Shown: piece by piece, positions 1-10,700 of the stretch
Layout of the letters: every line of letters begins with the position of its first letter
How positions within the stretch are numbered: the stretch's first letter is position 1
IMG/VR virus record: IMGVR_UViG_3300025853_008930
Coordinates: 1-64,000 of that record
DNA: 64,000 nt
DNA from: a virus
Direction: 5' to 3' (one strand)
Notes under the pieces: model-generated
Seen by the model: only the letters and a program-made list of their open reading frames with translations
Databases searched by the model: none
Told to the model about the DNA's origin: nothing
Position numbers and translations under genes: made by a program

Positions 1-855
1 GATAGAATCTTTCTTGACTTTGATGCTCATGGTGAAAGTATCGAGAAAGCATGGAGAGATGTCAATGTTGTTATGACTTATGTTATTGAGAATGATTATC
101 AATATACTCTTTTCTTTTCCGGTAGAGGTTTTCACTTGTTTGTTTTTGGTGAGGTTACAGACACAATTAGAAACATACAGGTTTTCTTTAGAGAGATTAA
201 GACATACTTAGTAAATAGAGTTGGTAGTGATATAACCCTTGATGATAGGGTCGGTCAAGCAACTAGACTTAGAAGAATACCTAACACAGTAAACATGAGT
301 TCTAGGGATGAGAATGGTAATCCATACTTTTGCATACCATTGCTTAGGACTGACTTAGATAAACAAGTTCATGAAATACTTGAGTTGGCTAAGAAACCTA
401 GAAGCATACCATTTAGAATAAGTGGCAAAAACTTGGTTGTATTTCCCGAAGCACCACCTATGCAAGCAGTAAGTGGTGAAATTTCAGTTCCTAAAACAAC
501 CGGAACACTACCAATGTTGCCATGTTTACATAATGCTATCATGACCGAGAATCCTTCTCATATGGCTAGAGCATATCTAGTTTCATGGTATAGGGATTTA
601 TTATCCGGTTGTGCTAATGTAGAAAGTGATGCTGATAAACAGAAAATACTTGATGCTATTATAGATGAAATAAGAACTTTAGTTGAGACAAACGAAGAAA
701 TATGGTTAGATTGGGATGAAAGAGAAACTAGAAAGCATGCCAAGTTTACAGTGTTTGGTAATTATAGTAGCCCTCATTGTAAGACTGTATTAATCCCTAA
801 TGGCTACTGTGTCGGTAAGTGTTGGAGATACCCCGAACATGCGGAGGAAGTATAA
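1..855 (+). CDS. Archaeo-eukaryotic primase (catalytic domain plus C-terminal Cys-rich PriL-like part), 5'-truncated by the window
   Basis: Frame is open from base 1 (DRIFLDFDAH, DxD motif I), then SGRGFH (motif II) and D..RLRRIPNT (motif III); C-terminal PCL...HC...YC..KC cysteines. Confidence 0.8.
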   Translation, partial: DRIFLDFDAHGESIEKAWRDVNVVMTYVIENDYQYTLFFSGRGFHLFVFGEVTDTIRNIQVFFREIKTYLVNRVGSDITLDDRVGQATRLRRIPNTVNMSSRDENGNPYFCIPLLRTDLDKQVHEILELAKKPRSIPFRISGKNLVVFPEAPPMQAVSGEISVPKTTGTLPMLPCLHNAIMTENPSHMARAYLVSWYRDLLSGCANVESDADKQKILDAIIDEIRTLVETNEEIWLDWDERETRKHAKFTVFGNYSSPHCKTVLIPNGYCVGKCWRYPEHAEEV

Positions 856-1565
856 TGTTAGTAATAGATAGTAGAGAAAAGAAAGGCTCTAAACTAGTAG
901 AGTTAGTAGAAAGCGAAGCACTAAAGATGAAAGTCCCCTATGAAAAGAAGTGGATAGAAATAGGAGACTATGTTTATGATGATGTATGTTTTGAGGCTAA
1001 ATCAGCACACGATTTTCTTAGTTCAGTAATGAGCAAAAGAATGTGGACTCAATTAGATAATATGGATAGACACTATCAAACCAATGTTGTTATTATTTAT
1101 GGTAGTATTGATGAGGGCATTACCCAATATAAAAAATATATTAGAACCGATAAAACATTTACTAATGCACAACACGCTAATTGGTCTAACAAACTTAGAA
1201 ATAAGTTTCTTGGGGCTATTGGTAGAATAACACTAGATACAGATGCTAAGGCATTTTGGGTATCTAGTGAACAAGAAGCCGCTTTGATAATTGCTTCAAT
1301 ATGTAAAATGAAACCCATCAAGCGGGAAGTTATCAAACCGGAGATATTCAAAAGAATATCAACAGACGATTTGAGGATAGACACCCTCACAACTATAAAG
1401 GGCTTATCAGTAGACAAAGCGAATGCGCTGATAAAGCAATATGGTTCGATTATGGAAATAGGCGAACAAACAGAAAAAGAACTTCAAGAAATGGATGGTA
1501 TAGGAAAAACCCTAGCCCGAAGAATCTTGAATGTTTTGCATTCCGAAGAAAAGGTGAAAATATGA
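855..1565 (+). CDS. ERCC4/XPF-family nuclease with helix-hairpin-helix repeats
   Basis: MLVIDSRE, GDY and EAKS motifs; IKGLS and MDGIG HhH motifs; start moved to ATG 855 after GGAGG. Confidence 0.85.
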   Translation: MLVIDSREKKGSKLVELVESEALKMKVPYEKKWIEIGDYVYDDVCFEAKSAHDFLSSVMSKRMWTQLDNMDRHYQTNVVIIYGSIDEGITQYKKYIRTDKTFTNAQHANWSNKLRNKFLGAIGRITLDTDAKAFWVSSEQEAALIIASICKMKPIKREVIKPEIFKRISTDDLRIDTLTTIKGLSVDKANALIKQYGSIMEIGEQTEKELQEMDGIGKTLARRILNVLHSEEKVKI

Positions 1566-3124
1566 ATGAAGATAATGATAATTATGAGACAGAACAGCAA
1601 AGACAATATGCGGAGATAATAGAAGAAGCGTCAGTAAACATGACTAGCGAATTGCCTAGATTAGTTGCTGAATTTCAAAAAGATGCTATCGCAGTTTCTT
1701 TTAAGAATGATATACCTGCGGCACTAAGTTGCTTTGTAATATTAGGGCAGATTTGTAAAGACTTTATACAAATACCAAACGGTAGAAGCACAGAAGATAG
1801 CAGGGTGCATTTTTGCCAAATACAAACTTCCGGTTCGGGTAAATCAACTCTATGGAATTTCGTAGAGCCGGTTTCCGAAAAATTGTTTACTATGATAAAC
1901 GAAAGCGGGCTTCATGTAAATAATAAATACATAAACTCCGAAGGAGAAGAAGTTAGTGGCGAAGAAGGAGAATATCTTTCTAAAAAGAAATTTGATATTA
2001 TGTCAGCAACAGAATATACTGATGCGGCACTTGTTGGTGGCTTTGAAGAGAAACTAATAGAAAAGCCTGTATTAGATAATGAAGGTAATCCGGCACAAGA
2101 TGATAACGGTCATCAAAGAATGAAGAAAGAACTAAGCATGGTAAGACAAGCAGGTTTGTTAGAAGGTAGTGGATTAGCACATTGGGATGAGTTTGAATAT
2201 TCCGGTGTCTTTAAACAAAGCCAAAACAAAGAACAAGCCATCGTCTATCTAAATACCTTAATGAACACACTAGCAGGTTCTTCTTGGGTAATTAAGAAGA
2301 AACTAAAACAAGGAGATATGATGAAATGTTATTGCGAAAGGTCAATATTAGCCATGACATATCCACCGGAAAAATTAGCAAAGGTTATTGCTAACAAAGG
2401 TGTCTTACAAAGAATGATTCTATTTATTTGGGATGTTCCCGAACATACTCTACACCAAATGAGAAAAGAACAAATAGGTCAAGCAGGTAAAATTGATGAT
2501 GCTAAACAACCAGTTGATGTTCACGCAGAAAGACTGTTCAAAGTCTATCAAGCAGTTAGAGATAGATTCCACGAAGTTGATAAAAACGCACTGAACACTA
2601 TGGTTTATACTCCGGACTTTAACGACAGACTATACTATGAATACGAAGTCATGCGTAAATTCATTAGCGACACACATCCCGAAGTTAGAAAGATTGTATC
2701 TACCTTTCAAACTAGATTGCTCAAGATATTAATTAAAATGGCTGTATTGTGTTCTGTTGCTGAAGCCCTTAGTATTAAGGATAAATCTAAAAGGTTTAGG
2801 GTTACGAGCAAGAATGTTGAAGCGGCAGGTGTTATCGTGCAACAATGTTATAAAACATTGGTAGCATGGTTAGAGCAAAGCCTAAAGCGCACTAGGAGGA
2901 AAAAGGTCACGGAAAAGGATTCAATATTCTTCAAAGCCGCTAAAGAAGTAAAGAAAGACGAAGAAGGATTCTTTGCTAAAAACGACTTAATGAAGAAACT
3001 AGAAGAAGCCGGTGTGACTTATTCGACTAGATATAGAATGTTCGGTGATTATGAAAACGATAAGTTCATCAAAAGAAAAACAGGAAGAACCGTTTACTTG
3101 AAATTAAAGGAGGAAAAGAAATGA
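1562..3124 (+). CDS. MCM-like AAA+ ATPase, putative replicative helicase
   Basis: Walker A TSGSGKS, Walker B HWDEFE, LQRM arginine-finger-like motif, C-terminal winged-helix-like region; replication context. Confidence 0.6.
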   Translation: MNEDNDNYETEQQRQYAEIIEEASVNMTSELPRLVAEFQKDAIAVSFKNDIPAALSCFVILGQICKDFIQIPNGRSTEDSRVHFCQIQTSGSGKSTLWNFVEPVSEKLFTMINESGLHVNNKYINSEGEEVSGEEGEYLSKKKFDIMSATEYTDAALVGGFEEKLIEKPVLDNEGNPAQDDNGHQRMKKELSMVRQAGLLEGSGLAHWDEFEYSGVFKQSQNKEQAIVYLNTLMNTLAGSSWVIKKKLKQGDMMKCYCERSILAMTYPPEKLAKVIANKGVLQRMILFIWDVPEHTLHQMRKEQIGQAGKIDDAKQPVDVHAERLFKVYQAVRDRFHEVDKNALNTMVYTPDFNDRLYYEYEVMRKFISDTHPEVRKIVSTFQTRLLKILIKMAVLCSVAEALSIKDKSKRFRVTSKNVEAAGVIVQQCYKTLVAWLEQSLKRTRRKKVTEKDSIFFKAAKEVKKDEEGFFAKNDLMKKLEEAGVTYSTRYRMFGDYENDKFIKRKTGRTVYLKLKEEKK

Positions 3125-3342
3125 AATACGAAAATACATATGTTGTGTTTGATGTGACAAAGGGGCCAAAAGTAATAATAGAAACATTAGATACTTATGG
3201 TGATGAAGGTTGGGAATGTTGTTCCATGCTAAGTATAGCAGGAACTAACATTGTCGCTTTCTTGAAAAGAAGAATTGGCGCAGACGAACCAACAGTAGAT
3301 GAAGAAAGTGAAAAGATTAGCAAACTTTGGTCTAGTGATTAA
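3121..3342 (+). CDS. Small DUF4177-like protein
   Basis: MKYE...LDTYGDEGWE pattern. Confidence 0.5.
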   Translation: MKYENTYVVFDVTKGPKVIIETLDTYGDEGWECCSMLSIAGTNIVAFLKRRIGADEPTVDEESEKISKLWSSD

Positions 3343-3344
3343 GC

Positions 3345-3938
3345 ATGTCAGTATTAGCGTTAGATATTGAAACAAAAAATATGTCGCATGAAATAGGCGG
3401 CTTTGGTAATACCCATATGTTTCAAGTTTCTACCGTTGCTACTTGGGATGGAAATACAGGAACAGTGTATGTAGACGAGCCTGTAGATTCATTTGCTAAG
3501 TCCGGCCATGTTGTTAAAGGGTTGAGTGAACTAAAGTATGATTTAGACGACCATCTATCTAAAGGTGGTAAAGTCTTAGGTCACAACATAGCAGTATTCG
3601 ACCTACCTATACTTAGAGATTCTATGGATATATATTGTATTCATAAATATTTAAATGAACAAAGTTATATTGACACTAGTAAGATATTACTAAAAGAACA
3701 TGGTGAGAGATTCCAATTGAAGAATCTTGTAAAATGCACTATGGATGATTTCAAACTTATGGATAGTGCCGATGCACCTAAGTTATGGAAGATGGGTCAA
3801 TATGATGAGGTAGTAGAATACTGTATGAAAGACACCCAATTAGTTTATGACCTTTGGCAATATGGAAAAGAACATGGGATTGTTAAAGCATTCTCAATAG
3901 AGAAAGAAGAATTTGTAGATTTGGAGGTAGATTGGTAA
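3345..3938 (+). CDS. DEDD-type 3'-5' exonuclease (RNase H-like fold)
   Basis: LDIET (ExoI), GHNIAVFD (ExoII), YCMKD (ExoIII). Confidence 0.8.
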   Translation: MSVLALDIETKNMSHEIGGFGNTHMFQVSTVATWDGNTGTVYVDEPVDSFAKSGHVVKGLSELKYDLDDHLSKGGKVLGHNIAVFDLPILRDSMDIYCIHKYLNEQSYIDTSKILLKEHGERFQLKNLVKCTMDDFKLMDSADAPKLWKMGQYDEVVEYCMKDTQLVYDLWQYGKEHGIVKAFSIEKEEFVDLEVDW

Positions 3939-4087
3939 TGTCCACAGCAGAATGGTTTGGATTATTTATCTTCTTGATAATCTTAACACTATTGTTCTTT
4001 GCCGCATTTGGTGGCACAAACATAACAGAACAAAGTGTTGATGATTACATCAAGAGGCTAATGGGTCAAACGGAAGAGAAGAAATGA
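3938..4087 (+). CDS. 49-aa single-pass membrane protein
   Basis: Manual translation MSTAEWFGLFIFLIILTLLFFAAFGG...; overlaps the upstream stop; GGAGGT RBS. Confidence 0.65.
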   Translation: MSTAEWFGLFIFLIILTLLFFAAFGGTNITEQSVDDYIKRLMGQTEEKK

Positions 4088-4230
4088 GTTTAAAACAAAA
4101 GTGCGCTTATTGCGGAGATAAGACATTAGCCAAGAGAATCTTAGGATTCTATGTTGGTTCTAGTGAACAAGTAAAACTTTGGGAATGTCGTTCTTGTAAA
4201 GGTATATGGTCGGTAGACACTAAAAAATAG
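4084..4230 (+). CDS. 48-aa zinc-ribbon protein
   Basis: Manual translation with CAYC...WECRSC; ATGA overlap with the upstream gene. Confidence 0.65.
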   Translation: MSLKQKCAYCGDKTLAKRILGFYVGSSEQVKLWECRSCKGIWSVDTKK

Positions 4231-4272
4231 AGGGAGAGTAGTTTAGGCTACTCTCCTTCTAAATTTTTTTTT
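4229..4272 (+). terminator. Hairpin plus T-tract terminator between the convergent modules
   Basis: AGAGGGAGAGTAG/CTACTCTCCTTCT stem followed by a T run. Confidence 0.65.
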
Positions 4273-4331
4273 CAAAAATTTTTCAAAAATTTTCTAAAAA
4301 AGCAAAAAAAATTTTTCTGAATAGGCGAAAG

Positions 4332-4448
4332 TTATTCGTCGTTTGAATTTAAAATAATAAAGCCCAATGGTTTATCTTCAACGAATAATGCACTAACGGT
4401 TAAATAACCAATAGCGAAACTAAGCAAGAATAAGAGAAGTAATATCAT
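4332..4448 (-). CDS. 38-aa hydrophobic peptide
   Basis: Manual translation MILLLLFLLSFAIGYLTVSALF...; ATGA overlap with the upstream gene. Confidence 0.45.
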   Translation of the reverse strand: MILLLLFLLSFAIGYLTVSALFVEDKPLGFIILNSNDE

Positions 4449-5146
4449 GTGAGATTAATTGTCAAGTCATGTGTCGCTGTGCAAGTAGTTCCATCAACAT
4501 TTGCCCTTGCCGCTATTCTAACAGTAAAACTATCTCCGGCTTGTGGAGTAGCACCGCCCTTTCCCGTCAAGAATAATACAGGCATGAAGTGATTTCCAGT
4601 TTGGGGAAACGAAGTCAAGTCATGTGAACCTGCCGCACTACCACTAGAAGTGCTAAATGAAGTTGTATCTTGATTTTGGTTAAAATTATTATTATTACGA
4701 AGAGTCATCAAAACGCTATTAGTCGTGCTTCGAGATACAATTGTCTGCTGAACTTCAAACTCAAAACTACTAGCAGAACTGCCATTGTGTCTAATATATC
4801 CACCTATAACAAAAGTCGCTTCAGCCGCTTGTAAAGAACCTGTGCCGTTATAATAAGCACCATTTCTTAAATCATTAGCCGCTATATCAAACGATTGTGT
4901 TGTTCTTGTAGGAGAAGATGCTGTTCCTAATGTTGCGCCTGTTCCGTCATAAATAGTAGTAGTTCCTTGTGAAGCACCATCGAAGTCACCTGAAACAGAA
5001 TTATAAATAGCAAACTTAACTGCATTATTGTGATTACCTGTAGCCGCAGTTGCTATTGTAATAGCAGGAGTTACCCCGCCTCCTCCGCCACCCGCTAATC
5101 TTTTTTTCTTCTGTTTGGCAGTAGCCCCTGCGACTCCTAAATACAT
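4445..5146 (-). CDS. Beta-rich virion or tail-fibre-associated protein
   Basis: G/T/S/A-rich; follows the tail fibre gene; start after GAGGTGA. Confidence 0.5.
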   Translation of the reverse strand: MYLGVAGATAKQKKKRLAGGGGGGVTPAITIATAATGNHNNAVKFAIYNSVSGDFDGASQGTTTIYDGTGATLGTASSPTRTTQSFDIAANDLRNGAYYNGTGSLQAAEATFVIGGYIRHNGSSASSFEFEVQQTIVSRSTTNSVLMTLRNNNNFNQNQDTTSFSTSSGSAAGSHDLTSFPQTGNHFMPVLFLTGKGGATPQAGDSFTVRIAARANVDGTTCTATHDLTINLT

Positions 5147-5156
5147 TTTATTCACC

Positions 5157-7379
5157 TCAACCAATAGCAATCCAATCGTTATTGCCTATGGCAATACAAC
5201 TTAACGCATCAAATGTAGCAACAGTAATATCTGCGCTTGCACCATTAATACTATTACCATTTCTTGAAACAGTAATATTACCACCTGTTGTATTTAGAAT
5301 TGTATAATGCTCCCCTTCTGCTGAAGTAGAGGGTAAAGTGACATTTCCTGCACATTTCAAATATTTTCCTGCGTGAGTTGATTCTGCTAAAGTAGTGCTT
5401 GCGCTTACAGAAACCATCGGCAATCTTGTGCTTGAGAAAGTTTTACCTGTTTGAACAGTTAAACTACCACTAATAAAAGTATTTCCTCCTAATAGTGTTC
5501 CTCCATCTACAAGTTCTGTTCCTTGACCATCTATATTATCTAAATTATAGGTTTTACTTACGCTAAATGTGCTATAAGCGTTATTATAGCCAAGACCTAA
5601 AGCATCATGTCCTGAATTATCAGCATCAGCAACAGCATCATTTACAGTCCAACCTGCATCAGCAAAATTATCAGTAATATAAACTTGTAAATTATTTGTA
5701 GCATCTGCTACATAAACTTGGAATACTGCCCCATCATAGGTATCATTTTCCTTTATTCTAACTTGCTGTATAATATTAGTTGAATAATACGCTGTATTTT
5801 CCATTTGAATTGCATTTCTAACACCAAATAAATGATTTAATTTAAATTCATATAAAGCATGTCTGCTTGAAGATTCTTCTTTGATAATTACTTGTGCTAT
5901 TCCTCTTTGTTCTGAACCCCCTGTTCCGCTTGCACTTCCACCACTTCTTCCTTTAATATGTGCAACAGTATGCCAACCAACAGAAAGATTGTTTGTCATA
6001 TCCTTATACTGTTGATATATGTTATTAGTGACTCTTAAATCACCATGCACATCTACAGTAGCGGCAGGAGAACTTGTCCCTATTCCTATTCTATTGAGTC
6101 CTGCATCAACTAATAACATATTTGCATTGGTATCGCTTTCTACTCTAAAATTCACATCGTTAGAATTTTCATTAATTACAACTTCATCGTGGTTTAAATT
6201 TAAAACAGGTTGAGTTGCTCCCGCTTTAGAAACATAGAAACTAATTCTCCCCTCTTCTGCCCCTGCTGTAACAGTTTCGGAATCTGCCATTATGTAAGAA
6301 TAAAGATGCGCTGAACCGAGACTATCTTCTCCTACAAATCTAATAATACCTAAATCGTCGCCACTTGCAGGGGAAGCACTATTTTTTCTAAATTCTAATT
6401 GTGCTTCTTGGTCATCAGCATTTGTATTTTCAATAGTAATTTTAGGTTCGCCACTTGCATTACTCTTAACATGGAGTGTTGATGAGGGGGTTTCTGTTCC
6501 AATACCAATACTTTGATTACTTTCTAATATGTTGAAAACATTAATATCACCGGATTGTCTATCTCTAATACTAAATCTATCTGCTGTTGCATATATGTCC
6601 CAATAGGCACTTCTTGTATTTCCATCAACGCTAAGTTGTAAAAACTCAATTGAAGGAGAAAAAGCCGATGTTCTTGCTATTCTCATAACAGCATCCGGCC
6701 CAATAAGATTTAAATTTCTATCAGCAGTTCCTTGACTTCCTGTTATTTCACCAATAGTTACTCTTTGTGTAGAAGCATCTATTCTCATAACTTCTTGTCC
6801 TGCACCTCCACCGTCACTATCATTTACTTTGAAAATAATATCTTTATCGGATTCCTTCGCTTCTATTTCTATATCTCCTGCATTAGATTGTATCGTTAAT
6901 CCTTCTGTATATCCACTATTATTTCTACCTACACTAAGAGAATGTTCAGTTTTATTTACAGTAAGGTATTGAATGGGCATAGGATTATTACCGTTATGTG
7001 TAACTACTGCTATTATAGTATCTCCTGCGGTATAGTCAGGAACTTTGTCTTTTGCACTAGGACTTCTAATAACAATAGCGTCACTACTATTCACTACTAC
7101 CAAATGATATGAATTCTCATTAGCAGTAGTTCTACCTAAAGCCAAATTATTTACGGCTGAAATACTCACCTTCTTTCCATCTCTAAAAATAACTCCTGCC
7201 CCGACATCTATTTGTGTAGCACTATCAATGGTAATGTCAAAATCACTAATTGCATAGTTTTGGCCTAATCCATCAGATAGTGATTTTATTATTCCGGTAT
7301 GAGGAAAGTCCACCCCATCCTCTATTTGATTAAAAGTCGAAGTCGTGCTTTGGCTATAATAATTAGGGTTAGTTACCAT
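5157..7379 (-). CDS. Tail fibre / receptor-binding protein
   Basis: Repeated IGIGTxxP..TLHV fibre motifs; 740 aa; distal end of the tail module. Confidence 0.7.
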   Translation of the reverse strand: MVTNPNYYSQSTTSTFNQIEDGVDFPHTGIIKSLSDGLGQNYAISDFDITIDSATQIDVGAGVIFRDGKKVSISAVNNLALGRTTANENSYHLVVVNSSDAIVIRSPSAKDKVPDYTAGDTIIAVVTHNGNNPMPIQYLTVNKTEHSLSVGRNNSGYTEGLTIQSNAGDIEIEAKESDKDIIFKVNDSDGGGAGQEVMRIDASTQRVTIGEITGSQGTADRNLNLIGPDAVMRIARTSAFSPSIEFLQLSVDGNTRSAYWDIYATADRFSIRDRQSGDINVFNILESNQSIGIGTETPSSTLHVKSNASGEPKITIENTNADDQEAQLEFRKNSASPASGDDLGIIRFVGEDSLGSAHLYSYIMADSETVTAGAEEGRISFYVSKAGATQPVLNLNHDEVVINENSNDVNFRVESDTNANMLLVDAGLNRIGIGTSSPAATVDVHGDLRVTNNIYQQYKDMTNNLSVGWHTVAHIKGRSGGSASGTGGSEQRGIAQVIIKEESSSRHALYEFKLNHLFGVRNAIQMENTAYYSTNIIQQVRIKENDTYDGAVFQVYVADATNNLQVYITDNFADAGWTVNDAVADADNSGHDALGLGYNNAYSTFSVSKTYNLDNIDGQGTELVDGGTLLGGNTFISGSLTVQTGKTFSSTRLPMVSVSASTTLAESTHAGKYLKCAGNVTLPSTSAEGEHYTILNTTGGNITVSRNGNSINGASADITVATFDALSCIAIGNNDWIAIG

Positions 7380-7380
7380 T

Positions 7381-7731
7381 CTACTCTACCTCCATAGTTA
7401 TAAAAATCTCAAGTGTGGCACTATTAGATATCGGGCCGATTGCGTCAAAATTAATTCTTTGAAGCATATTATTACTACTATCAAACAAACCTACTTCTCT
7501 AACAGTTCGCCCATTTAATATAGAACCCGCTACTGATAATTTAACATCTATAACATTACCATCAGCAGTAGATTGACTAACCGTAGTGGCTAGATTTGTT
7601 ACTATTGGAACATCTAGAGCATTATTAGATGGATTTGTGGAGTTTCCTCCCTGTCCTATTCCTCCCGTTCCTGCATTTACTAAAGTGTTAATTTCTTCAG
7701 CGACCAGTTCTTTCAATTTATCTGTTATCAT
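7381..7731 (-). CDS. Tail-tip or fibre-attachment protein
   Basis: VREVGLFD motif typical of tail-fibre N-terminal/baseplate proteins; context. Confidence 0.5.
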   Translation of the reverse strand: MITDKLKELVAEEINTLVNAGTGGIGQGGNSTNPSNNALDVPIVTNLATTVSQSTADGNVIDVKLSVAGSILNGRTVREVGLFDSSNNMLQRINFDAIGPISNSATLEIFITMEVE

Positions 7732-10700
7732 AGCAAATTCTCCTGTATTAAATTGGTGATAGTAAGAGTCCCACCCGCAAACCCAAATGTGTTGGTGTTC
7801 GTATTTAGTGTTGCCGCAAATCCTAAGTGGAAGTCTCCGGTAGTCTCCCTAGTCCTCACTAGTAGAGAAATTTCTTTCAATTTTATTTTTTCTAATATAT
7901 CTAAAGAAGGGATTTTTGATATATAGTCTTGTGACCTGTTTTTGTTTGCATTGTTCTGTGTTTTAAGCAATAATTCTGAAAATACATCTTCTAATCTTTT
8001 AGAGTATCTGCCTATTTCTAGAGTAATAAAACCAAACAATTCATGATTTACATTTAATACTAAGAAGTTAGATAGTCCGATATTTTCCTGTTTAGATTCA
8101 AATTGTATTATATCTCCTGCCTTTACCTGTTCTACACCTGTTGGTATTACCTTTATTTTGTGTTTAATGTTTAAATTACCGTGTATGTTGAGAAGTTTAG
8201 AAGCCTGTTCATCTACATCCTGTTGAGTAATTAAACTAGAATCTACTTCTTCTAAGGTTTTTCTTCCTATTTTCTTTATACTGTTTAGATTTCTTTTTAT
8301 GCCCTTATGCGACGCACCATAAACAATAACTTCATTATAAAAGTCAAATGTTGTTTTAGTAGATTGAAACTCTATCAACTTATCATCATCAATAAGTATG
8401 TTTGTTACTAGACTAGAATCACTATGAGGAACTACAGAAAATACACCGTCTGTTTCTAACAATCTCAAATCCTTTTTCTTTAATAAGAAATTTATAGCAG
8501 TAAAGGCTGAAACTCCTCTAAACTCCGGTGCTATAAATAACGGATATGTAGGAGTGGAGTTAGTGAATTCTATTCCTTCTTCTTCAAATATTTCATTAAT
8601 AATAGATTCTGTTTCATTTGCTATTGTGACGGTAGAACCAATACAGGCTCTATTAGGTGTTATTTTCAATTCTTCTAATGAATTAACAATGAATGTTTCC
8701 GAAACCGAAACCACTCCGTTTAATTTCTTTTTATCTTTTATAACTAAAGTATGCAAATTTTCGCCTACGATTTTCGATGAAGTGTTTGTTTTGAAAGAGT
8801 TAATACCGTCACTGTAGAATAACTCATGTTCTCCTGTTGGCAAAACTAAACTAGAAAGAGTAGTAATGATATTTGTAGAGGCTGTTTGATTATGAACATC
8901 AATCATAGCATACATAGACAATACTGCCTCATTAGTAGTTTCATGTTCCTTTCCTCCTTCATTAAAGAAATAGTGGCTTTTTTGCTTACCATACATTTCA
9001 TTAGAATTAGCCTTTTTAGTATATTCCGGTCTAGGAACAAATAGTTGTATATTATCCGGTGATTCTTCATAGAAACAAACAGGGTTAGGTTGCATTATTC
9101 TGTATGCCTTACCATTAGTTAAAGCCACTTCAGTATAGAGTTCTACATCATTACTACCATTAGTAACTTCTTGAGCATAAACATATATTGGCTGAACTTT
9201 AGTGCCTATTATTGAATCTACCGAACTAACACTAGCAGTTCCGCTTTCTTCTACTAAATAACATCCTGTTAAATCTACATATTTTAGCCATGCTGTTTTA
9301 TCGGGATGATGTGGAGTAATTACCGTTTTATATATTTGACTTCCCGTAGAACGGTGTAAAACCCCTCCGCCTATTTGAGCCGAACCCGTATTGTAAAATA
9401 ATCTAAGTTTAAATCCAATAAAAGCACCATCGGCAGGAGAACGAAAATCAGCAGTTCCGTAATCATTTACGGTAGGACTAGCATTTAAATCATCAACTCT
9501 TAAAAATTCCTTAAAGTGTTTTAAAGAACAAACATTAATTATTTCTTGAGTTCCTATTGATGTTCCATCTATTTCTCTACCACCAGTATTAGTTCCTAAA
9601 ACCCCTGTGCAGTTTCCTGCTTCTAACTTATGAAAAGAATCTTCTATGTCATATCTATCTAATATAACTCCTATTGTTCCACCAAAGACATTATTTTTAG
9701 TGGTATCTATCATTTCTTGAGTAGGTATTGTGAGGGCTGAATTATGTGTTCCCGCTACAAAGTTAGCATTATTAAATAATTTATTCTTATATATACTAGG
9801 TAAAACTACTTCGGCATCATCAGGCATACTTATGGCAGAATTACCTTGAAACTCATAAGCCCAATCTCCCGAAAATTCTCCGTAATCATAATTAGAAGAT
9901 TTCGGAATAATAGCACCTTTTAGTGGGTGATATTTAGTTTCACTTCCAACAGTGTTTCCGATGAGACTATCTGTTTTGTGCCTTCCTTTGATATAACTTG
10001 TAAAGTCTGTTATTACTCTTACAGGGTTTGAGTGTGTAGTGCTAAAGTCCGGTGAGTGTAAAACACCAGTAACAGTCTTAAACACCGTTCCCGTTGTTCC
10101 ACCGGAAATTTCCGGCCCAAAACTATTATGAAGCCTACAAATAAATTTACCATCGCTAGTAAAAATTTCATCACCTCTAGAGAGCGTTAAAGAATTTTGA
10201 AAAGTAATAGTATTAGCCGTTGGGCTATTTATAGCCGTGATGGTATTTCCAGTAAGAGAGATTCTAGTGTGAAATTGATTAGCAATATCAGTTTCATTTT
10301 TAGAGTAGATTTCATCCGTGGATTTTTCGGGATTAAATAAATTAAAATTCTCATCATAAACACATTCTGTTAATCTCATTAATCCAAATCGTTTTAGATT
10401 GTTCAAAGTAACTTCTGTAGTAAATGATAGTGTTTGAAAATTGCTATCTTGTAATACTAAATTAGTTCCTCCTGTCTTTTTAGTATTTTCCAATAAAAAT
10501 AATTTATAATCGTTTATGGTTTTTAAAGTAGAAAAAATGCTGCTAGGTCTATTATCTGAATATGGTAATATATCACAAGTCATATAGAAAAACAATCTAG
10601 GAAATGAGTGGTCTTTGTATTCAAATGCCATAGAATAAATTGGGGAAAGTCCTCTAAGACTACTCGGAACAGCAGATAGGATTGCGCTATCTCTTTTCAT

